From Diadema antillarum (lineage: Eukaryota): a stretch of DNA of 64,000 nt. Position 1 is the stretch's first letter. Each line of letters opens with the position of its first letter. The notes under the pieces were generated by a model. The model ran no database searches. It was not told where the DNA came from and saw only the letters and a list, made by a program, of their open reading frames with translations. The position numbers and the translations under genes are program-made. Of the stretch, positions 47,301 to 60,000 are shown piece after piece. Location of the stretch: the NCBI RefSeq assembly GCF_040938485.1, contig NW_027272500.1, forward strand, positions 186,001 through 250,000. The letters run 5' to 3'.

Positions 47301-50300
47301 TATATGAAGAGCTCAGTTGCAAAAGGTACTACTTCCATTTTCCATCAAAATCCACTTTTTGGTCTTGATGTACTCATTTTAAGGACCTCTTTACACCTAT
47401 AATAACGAAAAGCTGAATTTCCAACCAGAAAGTGTTAAAAAATTACATTCAAAAATCAGTTCGGTTGCAAAAGGTACTACATCCATTTTAGTTCGGTTGC
47501 AAAAGGTACTACATCCACTCCAATGACATCATCGGGAAATTGACCAATCAGAGTGCAGCATTGGCTTGACCCTCTCCCATTGTGTACTGACTTAATCTGT
47601 AAACAAAAGAGGTTGGCTTCTGGCTTTCTGGCTTTCCGTTAAAATCACCACGCAAATCTGACCAATATCTTGAAAAACTCACTACATTTTTATCAAGCAA
47701 TGTAGGAAAATGAAGGAGAACTCATTGACAAAACAAACCATCCCAGGAGAAGGATCGTGAATTAAAAGCAGTCGACAAGAGCAAAGGGAAAACTGGAGAA
47801 ATTACGAGACTCTCATGTAGTCCCACATACTGCATCTACTGTTAGTTACCGGTACCGTGCGTTACTGCTAGCAGTGTGTTGAGTTTGAGCCATTAATTGT
47901 CCCCAGAGTAAAGTACAGACACTTTGTAGGTATGGTCTATTTCTTACATAAATAGCTTAACAGCTAATAAGTGTTTGACAACTAGTCTGAAAGCAAAGTT
48001 ACTTTGTTAGATGTATACAGCGGCATGAAATTCTGACATCCTACCAACAGTGCTTTACCTGTGGGTATGCTGTGATATTCTATACGTGCATGATGTCAAG
48101 TACCAGGCCTCAGGGCTTGAAAGTACATTGTGATATACAGCTTTGAACACTAGATTTATATTCATTCTTGTAAATGACACCTTTTGCTTATACAATGTCA
48201 CAAAGGTAATACCAAATGTGCGTTTAATATAGGTGGTCATATTACTCATCGACGGTCTTGATAAGCTATTAGATTATCAAATTTATCTTACCTGATAAAG
48301 AAAATACAACAATGAAATTCATGTAATGAATTTAATTACACCGTTGAGAAAATACAGCACATTCAGATGCTGCTTTTCCACCTTTCCCTTAGAAGTTACA
48401 TTGCAAAAAAAAAAAACGAAGAAAAGATAATAAATACAGTATTCTTGAGACACGTGAAGGGACAATTCACAGAGAGAAAAATAGCCAAAAATTTAATTCA
48501 AAGAGGAAAAAGATAAGAAATCTTGAGGTAAAGCTCGTGAGAGAAAAACAAAAGGAAATGGAAGAGAGAAATCACCTGGTGAGATATTGTGACCCCTCCC
48601 CGTCTATAACTGGTCACGCATAATGGATCCCCCCCCCCCATGCTTATGACCAATGACAGTCATTCATTCAAAACATTAGTCAGCAAGGGAGAAGTAGGGC
48701 ATTAGCGATGCACATTGGTTTGTTATTCTTGATGCTAAATAGGGCAGGGCATTGTCAATTACCTAGGCCCCCTTGACCTCGTATCCCATCCCCATCAACA
48801 CCATTGCTGATAAATAAATCCGCGAAACACGTCATAACATCACACCAGATATATCTCAGGCATGTGAAATTTCGGTTTCAAAAGGTACTACATCCACTTT
48901 CGGTTGCAAAAGAAACTACATCCACAAAAATATAAAAATGTTTAATTCATAAAAAATAAATGAATGGACCTGGATTTTCTCAGAGAGTGGTTTTAGTGTT
49001 GTATCACCTAGCAGTATAATAGGGGGAAATAGCATGCCAGTCTGAGCTTGCTAAATATGATAATTAAAAAATCTCGTTTTTCTCAGAACTTGAAATTATG
49101 GATGTAGTACCTTTTGAAACCGAACTCTTCATATGTGCATCCTTTGCAAAATTTTGATGAGATTATGGTTTGTAAAGTGAATGCATTGGGCATGTACTAC
49201 AATTAAACCTGAGGTTGGATTTTGATTGAATATGACATTGATGATATTATGCTTTATAGAAAAAAAAAAAAACATTTACAACATGCAAACACCGTCAGGA
49301 AAGTCATTTACTATGAAGAATGACATGTAATATAGATATTTGAATCCCCTAAAAAGGAAAACAAAGGCACTTTCAATAGGCAAAACCCCCGACCAGTCCT
49401 CAAGAACATAGTTGAGAAAAATACGTTTTGATCCTATGTACCTTGACAAGAGTAGCATGGGGTGCTTTTCTGTCTGCCTACGAATCGATAAGTTCCGTAG
49501 ATTAGTGGAATAAACTTACTGTCTCCCTCACACCTCACTCCAGCGTCTTCATTATGTTCACAATTTTCACATCCCCAGTACGCACGGCGACATTGCAGCA
49601 GAGATTGTTCCGTTCCATCACATCTGATTGGGTCAAGCCAGATAGGTCCAGATCCCTCCCCGAAATGGGCTTCAGTATAATGAGCAGAGGCTGATGGGTA
49701 GCCGAGCTCTCTGCACACCACGTGCGCTTCGTTGATACTCCAACAATCGTCACAAACCGTGCCCCACTGCCCGTTACACCTTATCTCAACTCGGCCCTCC
49801 CTTTCGCTTGATTCACCTACAAGCCTCACTGCAATTTTTGAGAAAAGAATATATCGATTCGTCTTACCACGACCAAAAAGTAAAATACAAACAACCAACC
49901 AATCAACCAACCAACCAACCAAACAAACAAGTAAAAAAAAAAAAAAAAACACGCATTCGGAAGTCAATATGATGTATTATTCTACTACTTATCGGCAGGG
50001 TTGAAATTCTTTTACACAATGTCTGTATTCAAAAATTAGAGATGCAGTCAATACGCACAAAAGAATAACGCATGTGTGATCTGATATGTGTATTCTTGTG
50101 CTTGTATGATCGAATAATTAACCACTATCAACCTACAAGCAATGCTTCTATGTAGATTCCTCATATTTCATGTTCAATTGTCTTAAATGCTGTATTTGTC
50201 AATTCATCCATGTATTTTCTTTTGTTATGTTTATGGTTTATTTGTTGAAATGTGGAATATGGAGCAATAAAAAAATGAAAACAAACTAGATGGATGCTTG

Positions 50301-52824
50301 CTGGTGAAGTCTTCCGAAAAATTGCTCAGTTTAATTCATTTAGTCATTTCACAAGAGAGGAAGACAACAAAATGTAAAGATCTAAGAAATCTAATGTGGA
50401 CGCAATGTGTGACATCAAAACTTTCATTTTTTCAAACAAATCATTTTTTTTTTCTTTTACCCGGATGTTAACTGTGTGTTTTGGAACGTTGTCAACATGA
50501 TTATCAAGCTGCATGTACTCACCCGCAAAGCCGGGACACGTACTTGAGCCAGTGTTACAGTCGCAATTATATAGTGTGGCCGCTGTACTCTTGGACTTGG
50601 TCTGTCTTTGTCAGTCAGTATTGCCTTGCATCCATATCGCAAGGCACCATCTTCTTGTCGAGTTTTTAATGATGATTTCCTGAAGAATGTGGATAAAAGG
50701 AATAAGTTGGGACTTATCCTTATCACTGATTCACTAAGACAGAAGCACCAATGATTAATACCAGACATATAATTAACATGAAATCGGTGGAAAAAAGGAC
50801 TGCCATTTCCGTCCATCAGGAATTCAAACCTGTCTGGAAATATCAGCTGCTTGTCAGCAAACCTGTCATAATACTTTTCCTAGAGCCAGTCATTATCACC
50901 AATACTGATACTCTTTTTATTTTGAAACGCTTATTTAGAACGGAGTGAGACAAAGGATCAAACATGAAACATCTCCTACATCGAAGTGGCAGAAAATAAA
51001 CATGAAAACACAATTTATTAATGTCAGTTGTTTTATGAACTTACATCGCTAACACAGTCAACGTCTGCAAGTTTCATATTCAGTGTGATTTATATACAAG
51101 GAAGACATCAAACTGTATAATTGAGCAAAAACAATCATAATGCGGTCCTTTTACCTCTGTTGTAGTGGGGACTTTATGCCATGACACACATCACTCTACC
51201 AGCACGTTCTATGTCGGAGGATGACAAAGTTACTCGTGAACCCCAAACTACACACCTGATGGACTTATATCACCTCAGGTAAGATGAACAAGTATTCAAA
51301 CACTAGACGCCTATTGTAAATGGACACAATTCTTACCCTGCAGGGTGTTAAAACGCCTGTTTCTGTGATTAGTCGTGATTGTAGGTGAAAGTTCACTTCC
51401 GTTTTCAACTCCAATGCTTTTCCCTTTTGCGGTCCCTGTGACAAATATCTTTAACGCTATATTCATTTCGACAATGGAAACATCAATTACGCTTGAAATC
51501 GGTTACCTATATTCTACACACTTGGTATGGCATCGATGCCATTGCTGACTTGAGTCTTTCAAGTGACCCGGATTCAGCAGGGATTTTTTGTGACCTCAAA
51601 AATACGAGTCTGGACTAGTACAAGAATGTTAATTGTAATCTTTATAAGCAATAGGCAGAAAATGCATGTCTCCCAACATTAACGACAACCTTTTGATTTA
51701 GCTTTTTGTTAGTTTTACAAGTAAAGTTACGACTTCCTAGACTAGTCTACACTCCAGAAAGTTCCGGCATAGGTTTCTGTGCATTTCTTGATCTCTTTGA
51801 ATATTTTTCCGGTCAGTCTATAACCGTAGAGGGTCCGTTATAAAAACCTCATAACCTGCCTATGTCGCTCTTGAAAATATTTAACACCATGCCTTAAAAG
51901 CAGCAGATTTATTATGTTTTTGAATATGACAATGGAAAAATAGGCTGTAAAGTTAAGTACAGTGATTCTTTAGGGACAGGTTGCCGTATGAGCCCACTGA
52001 AGAAAATATTTCTGAAGATTAAGAATCAGATCGTTTTGTTTCGCTCTCTTGATATCGGTCAAAGTTCATATCCGATCAACCTGCGCATTGAGTTCATCTG
52101 AGAACATGGGTAACTTCGTCATCACTGTAGGCGTGAACTGGAAGATGAGTTTTCTAACATATTTCACTAATCATTCCTAATCTGTAAGTAATATCATTAT
52201 TATGAGGGTACAGCAGGGTTTCATTCATGTTCCTGTATGTTTTCTTCCGAAATTGTGTTTATAAGTAGTTTTTCTTTTATTTTCATATTCTCCCTACATC
52301 TACACACAAATTAGAGTGTCCGTTGAGAGTCTGTAAACTTTCTTCCCTTTCTCTCTTCTCGGCTCTATTGTATGGAAGACGAAAATTACACTCATTCTCT
52401 CCTAAAATTTGTCAAATCTTTGCCTTCTACAGCTGTGTGTGGGTAGAAGATGTATTTCTTTGTCTTTTAGAATCATGTTGCGTGTAATGAATGCATTGCC
52501 TTCGGAATAGATGTGAGCGTACCCATCGAGGGTATCGCACTAGGTGAAAGGTGACTTCCGTCGGAGTTAGCAGATTCACTTTTTTTTTTAAGCGTCCTCT
52601 CTCTTTGCCCTCGATGTAGATATTGAAATTTAATTGAAAAAAAAATTCTGTTGAAATTAGAGTGAGACTAAATCTCTAGAATACGATAGTAAATAAAGGG
52701 CAGAAAAAAAAACATCAGTTTAATTGTTATTTGTCTCTATATTTCGTAGAATGCATCACATCTCTCCCTCATCTAAGCGCATTGTCTATAACGCCATGTC
52801 ATTATTCATTAATGGACATATATA

Positions 52825-52866
<42 letters not shown>

Positions 52867-53950
52867 GTGTGTGTGTGTGTGTGTGTATGTTTGATTTTTT
52901 TTTTTCGTGCTATAACACGGAACAAATCCAATCCAGCTCTTGCATCACGTCTACTTAATTCTGATATACCCCTGTGCCAAGATGTGACCACACGGAAGCA
53001 AGGAGCAGAAATTCGCAACGAAAATTAAGCCTAAAAGTCTTGATTTTCACGCTCTTTCGAAAATTCTGTTCGAATAAACTACGACATCAACTTGGTCCAG
53101 ACAGCGTCTTAGAGTTCTAAAAATAACAGATTTCAAAGATCCTCGCCTAAAAAGTCATCATTCTATCTAGTGCCGCATGTAGGTTGTACTGTATTTTCCA
53201 CAAAGACGTCGCTAGTGGTGGTGAAGCCGTCTGAGATATTGACGCCATTCAAAGACCATGTCGGTACAGCCGAGCCTGAGACATCATTTCCAGTGCAAAT
53301 CGCGGTGACTTCACGGCCAGCCCGTAGAGGCGAGGGTACCTCGAGGTTCAACGTCATTCCAGCTGAAAAGGAAATGTAGGAAGATCGACTGTTAGATCTC
53401 AATAAAGTCGAACATAACAAAATGGGAAGAAATGTCTTTTATGGGAGAAATGTCTTCTGTGTTTGCTTGAACAATATATCCATCATTCACAATCACATAT
53501 ATTACACAGGAAAAAGATGATATAGCGTTTTTCCTGATATGATATAACGGATAAATGAAATTGATATTTTAGATGAATAATGCAATTGATGCGATGGTAT
53601 GATATACATCAAAATGATCAAACTAAATGAAACAGTAAGATAATTATTTTCATGAGTTTGAGGACTTTCATTCCCACTTTTGAATTTCCACTGAAAGTTT
53701 CAGCAGGTCTTTTTTTCAGGTCTTTTCATCCTGTTGATTCAGACTTTTAGGATGTACACAGAAATACGTATCAAAATGAACACAAGCGTAAAATGTTGAT
53801 GAAAAAAAAAATAAACGAAGTCTTAAAGGATTGCTTACCACCGAGGTGAATGTATATGAAAAGAAGCCCGAACAGCACCAATACTCGGTTGTCAATCATT
53901 GTGAGAAGATTCCTGTATGATTTGAAAATATTAAAATAAATACATAGATA

Positions 53951-54001
<51 letters not shown>

Positions 54002-57000
54002 CAATCGATTGATTAAGCAATTATATCACGAATGAACATAAGTGAGGCGAGACCTATCAAACCCAAAGTCATTATTTTTTATTTACATAGTTTTACAAGT
54101 AGTTGATTAATACGCTTGAATATGATAACATGAATATCAATATTTCGAAGAGAAACAAAATCTGCATTGGTTGATTGCTTTCCTCACACCTACTCTCAAG
54201 TATCTCTATGACAAATGTGAGAAGTTGTAAAATTCGCCAATCTCCAAATATAAACTTCTCTGTCTCGTTTACCACGAAGCTAGTATCAAATCAGGTTCGG
54301 TACCATGCGTGCAATTAATATGTCTGGCTTTTATTGAGTCACTGGACGATAAGTGCATATGAAAGAGGCATCTCACATCGTCGGCGTTTTCACGAACCGA
54401 CGCTATTTCGTTTTTGAGCGAAAATGCAGTTCTGAGAAAATCGCGTTTAAAGATCTCACAAGTTTAGACAACGTTATCAATGACTTTTCCTGTCTTGTGT
54501 GTGAAAATTTTGACAGGGTGATGAGAGTGGAAGTTGTTCTTCATATCCATAGTGTAATTTTAGTGTGAATTTAAAAAATCTACGAGATTTCTGTCTTCAA
54601 ACTCACTGCGTCGGTTCGTAAATCCATCGTTTCTTGCGCGCACCATAGGCTATGTACTTAAGCGCGGGTCTCACGAACCGACGTAAGTTGTATTACGCCG
54701 GTTCGTGAGACCCGCGCTGTAGGGCCTGTACAATAGGTAACGTGCAATACGCTTGTATTTACGAACCGTCGCTATTTCATTTTCGTATGTGTTTACATAC
54801 AAATACTATTGGGGCTATACCTGCTTATCAACAATAACCTTATTAATTGAAATTAATTGTCATGTAATGATTGTTGTGATGATACCAATACATTTAGTGA
54901 TAATTAAGATGATAATACAAGCCAGTTTCTCTTAATTGTTCTAAAAAGAGTGTTATTGTTTTCATCTTCATTTAGTACACGCATGTATTGTTATTATAGC
55001 TGTGGTTGATCGTTCCAAAGATTTCTTTGCCCCCCCTTTTTGTGGATATATTATTTAACACTTTTGCACGTGGACATCTATCATTTGGTAATACATGTAC
55101 TCGGTATACTGTGTTTCATATTTTTTTACTTTTTACTGTTTTTTTAAAACTTTTTTAACTTACTTTTTTATTTTTTCACATTATTTTTAATTCAAATTTA
55201 GTTCACTTCTTTCATAATAATTATGAATATTTGTTCTAAGATGAAGGATACCGCTAAATCTTGGGAAAAAGACGTGCCAGTCAGTAATAATTACTTGTAT
55301 TTACTCATCTTTCATGCTCATGTATGCACTCTGTTATTTCTTTCTCTGAAATAATCTATTAATTTCTTTATTTCTTATTATTCCACATATTTGTGACATT
55401 TACTTTGTCACAATTTTTATCAATGTCATAATTGTCATTTGGCTCGCATGCGAATTCACTCATAATTCCTCATTTTCCATCTTTCTCTTTCCTGCTCAAC
55501 AGATTCTATGATAGCTGCACCTGATCATATAAAAACATAAAACTCATCCTGCATGCACTCTTCGAAACTGATAAACTCCTAAAAATACATAAATATCAAC
55601 ACTATCAGAATTTCAAGCTTCATTTCAAATACTTAATAATGGTCATGTTTAATTATGCCTTTTGCAGCAATATATTGAAGAGGTACATTATGTAATCGAA
55701 GAAACATAGGTACTCAATAAAATATCAAATTTGAATTATTCAGAGATGAGTAATGACAATGGGAAGGATAACAATTGTGGAAGAGCTCCATAAATCAATA
55801 CATATCTAATGGCAAATGGAGATGGAATCAAGATTCAAGAATATGTGTAATTCAAGTTCATTATTATGTCAGTTCTTGTGTGTTCACAAAAAGAGGAACA
55901 CAGTTCGAACATGCACACCAAATCTTACATCGTACATTTACATCTATAGAGTGCGGACGGAACATATACAAGAGAAAGAATAACATTCTCAAATCAATAT
56001 ATCAAGCATAACTATGTATATGAACACAAAAAGATGTTGCTGCGTATGCATGAAGCTTGAGAGTGCTGCAACACCCATATGCTCAGATAAAAACTTGATG
56101 TATATCATACAAAAGAGAAGAGGTACTGCATGTACATGTAGTTACACTATTCACAGGACAGTAGAGAAAAAGCACGAGAGAGAGCACGAGAGAAATGGGT
56201 GTCTAAAATAGGTCGATGTAAGGAGTGCCAAGCCAATTAAGTCTCTAATAGAAGTCATACATATATAAGGAAACAAATTAATCACAACATAAATGATCGT
56301 GCTCATGTTAACCGATAATTAGCATCTAAAAATGTGTGTAGAAAGCCCATAATATCAGCCTTTCGCCCCGTAGGCTTGTTACATATGAGAAAAGAGAAAT
56401 TTTGGCCGACCCCCCCTCCCTGTGAATCCTTGATCCACCAGTACTACATGTATAAACACATTCTGAGAATGTGTTTTAGTACATGTACTAGCAAATTCAC
56501 CAGAGGGGTGGGGGAAATTCGGCCAAAATTGTGTGTGGCTAAAATAATCAAAAAGAAAGGTCATCAGCAAAACTACGGGGTGGATGCAGACGAATTTTCA
56601 TGTGATGACTAAAAAAAATGCAGCTAAAGGAAAAAAAAAGACGGCGGAGAGGGGCCAAGGCTAATTTGACTCCCCTCCCCCCCCCCCCACCAAAAAACAA
56701 ACAAACAAACAATCACCACTGTTTTACAGCACCTTTAAAGGACTCTTAATTTTTTGTTTGTTAAAAACAAACGTCTCGAAGTTAAGAATTCCATATTGTA
56801 GGCAAAATGTAGACCGATACAGTGTATAAAGTGTACATCCCAAGCTATTAAAGAAAAAAAAAACAGATTATGAATATCATTTAAAGTAAGAATTTCAGTG
56901 TGTTTAATCATCTTTAGTTGAATTGCAAATGACATGTACATATTTAATAAGAGCAGTAAACTTCGAAGCGCCCCCAAGCCCTTCTATACTTAATTATTCA

Positions 57001-60000
57001 TGTGTAAAGGTAGCGCCAGGGCACTTCGGTGGTCTAGTGGTTATGACGCTGGTCTAGTAATCCAGAGGTCGTGGGTTCGAATCCTGCTTGGGCTGCCTGT
57101 GATTTTTTTTTCACAGCAGCCTACAAACTGCACACTGCAGTTGCGTGCGTTACTACGGATGGAGACAAATGAATAATCTATTATTTTAATATACAATGTT
57201 TGACATCCTTATTGCAATCACTTTCTTTAATCATAAATTTAGAGACATAATGAATTATTATTAAAAGAAATCATATTTCTGTATTTTGTTGTGAGTTTGC
57301 ATGGGAACATACACGTATCATAATTTACAATTTTAGTTAAATAAAGAACATCTTATAACAGAACTGTCTAGTGATGGTTGAATAATTATGTCAATTTGTT
57401 ATAAGTCCTATCAGTTACATGGAGTGCATGTTCCCATGTTTATAAGAATCATACGTGACACATTCAAAGTGGGTTGAAGACAACAAAATAATAAATAAAA
57501 GAAAAAAGGAGAATAGAACTTAATCTGATTACAGCATCATCTAAATATTGCCAATGTGCACTTAGAAATCTATCAAGATTTATCACAAGGTTATGATTAC
57601 CACACAAAACCTTCAAGATTTATTATCATGAAATACATACCAATGAACACTTAAAAAAATCTAACATTCCATATCCACATGAAGCTTTCCTTGATATAAA
57701 TGTCTCTCTGTAGTGTTATTAAAGTGTAGCAAAATTGTAATTACGACATCACAGAATGGAATGCATTGTTTTCACCTTCAATCTTAGGATCTCCTTTCAT
57801 GTTTCCACTTTACAATCACATTTCACTATAGATATACCGTCCTTATGTTGTCGCCCTTCATCCCAATTTCTCCCTTCTATCCTATCTGTAGATTGTCTTC
57901 TTTCCTAAGCCATTGTATTCACATTCCTTGATGATCAGCACGATGCTGTACTTTTTTCTTCTTCTCTGAAACAGTCCAGCTCTTCGCTACTGCATGGCAT
58001 CAGTCATCTGAAAGAAAAGACAGAAATTAAGAACTTTCGATTAAAATCAAACATCATGATACAAGATACAACTGTCATTTCGAGAAAAAGAAATCAGCCA
58101 ACTAAACTGTAGTTGAAATTATTTTGCTCTATTTATATTAAACATAAAACAAAACGGTATACAGGATCAAAGAATGTCAAAAAAATACTGCTGTTCGTCT
58201 TTGATGCATATTCAAATTGTCTCGCCTTTTACATATTTTAATGATGCAAGATCTTATGTCTAGCACTTAGTAAGTCTCATGTAGAATTTAAATTATTATT
58301 CACATGAATAAATCTACATGTCCTTGTAAACAAGGCATTGCTTTGAAAAAGCTGAATATTACTAACTGCATTTGGGAAACAGTCTACGACAATCAAACTT
58401 GTTTATTATCAGAGACTTTAACATCTTAATTAGACCTAGACTCTACATTACCATTGTATTCACATCCGTTGGTGATGTACACGACCCTGTACTTTTCCTT
58501 TTCTTTTCTGAGACAGTCCAGTTCTTCGCTACTACATGGCACCAGTCATCTGAAAGAAAAGAAAGAAATTAAGAACTTTTGATTAAAATCAAACATCATG
58601 GTACAAGATACAACTTTAATTTTGAGAAGAAAAAAAAATCAGCCAACAAAACTGAAGTTGAAATTATTTTGCTCTATTTATATTAAACATAAAACAAAAT
58701 GGTAGGCCTATGCAGGATCAAAGAATGTCAAAAAATGCTGCTGTTCGTATTTGATGCATATTCAAATTGTCTCGTCATTTACACATTTTACTGATGCCAG
58801 ATATTATGTTTAGCACTTAGTAAGTCTCATGTAGAAATTGAATTATCATTCACATGAATATAAATCTACATGTATTTGTAAACAAGGCATTGCATTGAAA
58901 TAGCTGAATATAACTACATGTACCTGCATTTGGGAAACAGTCTATGACAATCAAACCTGTTTCTTATCAGAGACTGTAACATCTTAATTAGACCTAGACT
59001 CTACATTATCATTCAGCTTTTAAAGGTATTAACCATTCACCTATAAAACACTGGCATTGTCATGTGCATAATATTTCTTTGATACTGCACATATTTTCAT
59101 GAAGTCTGTGCAAGAATGCAAATAAAACACGTCTGCTGTTTGGTATTTATGAAAAAAAAAAATATCACTAACCCGGAAGTCCTTGGCCTTAGGAATAACA
59201 CGTGGCGAGTTAGTAGGAATTGACGTTAAAATAGAATAAGAATAGATCTACTAAATAGGCCTTTGCCTCATGAATGTCTGGTCTAATTATAGACTAAGTG
59301 AAGTCTAGACCTTTCACTTTTAAGTTACCAGTGGCACACAGAATTTATATTATAGATCTAGACTACATCTAGATCTAGACATCTAATACTATTAGATCTT
59401 GGCAACTTTTGTCTTTGTGACACGAAGTTAACACGTCACGGATGATATTGCGGCGATATCCAACAGGATGACAGTACCACTATTACTGAATCAGTAAGTT
59501 GACATAGATAACTAACATCAACTTGTTAACGTACGTTAGAGATGGCACCATTATACAATAACCGGTGACACTGACACTGACAGATCTAACGACTACGTTT
59601 AGACTAACCTTAAAGAGTTAGACTCGCCATCTCAGTAAGTCGGCCAAAGACAAAGTCAATACAGGGCTAAGTCAGTGTTACTGTTATGTTAGGCCTAACA
59701 AACGTTAACGGTTGCTCGGTTAGGTTAGGTTTACCAGGACTCAAGAGTCCTGGTTAAATCAGTCGAGGGACATTTCTTAGAAGTCCTTCGATTCCAAGAA
59801 TAAAAAGGGTGAAAGAACAAAGGGAAAAAAGGAAAGAAGAAAGGACAACAGATTATGTATGGCTGCTGTGGAAATCGACAGCGCTACTGTATCACTATCA
59901 ATCACGCGTAAATATGTAAACGCCATTTGGTTGGGCCGCATTCACAAGTTTTAGGGAAAAAAAGCCCCACCGCTTTGCTTCAAAGGTACTCCACTCGAAC

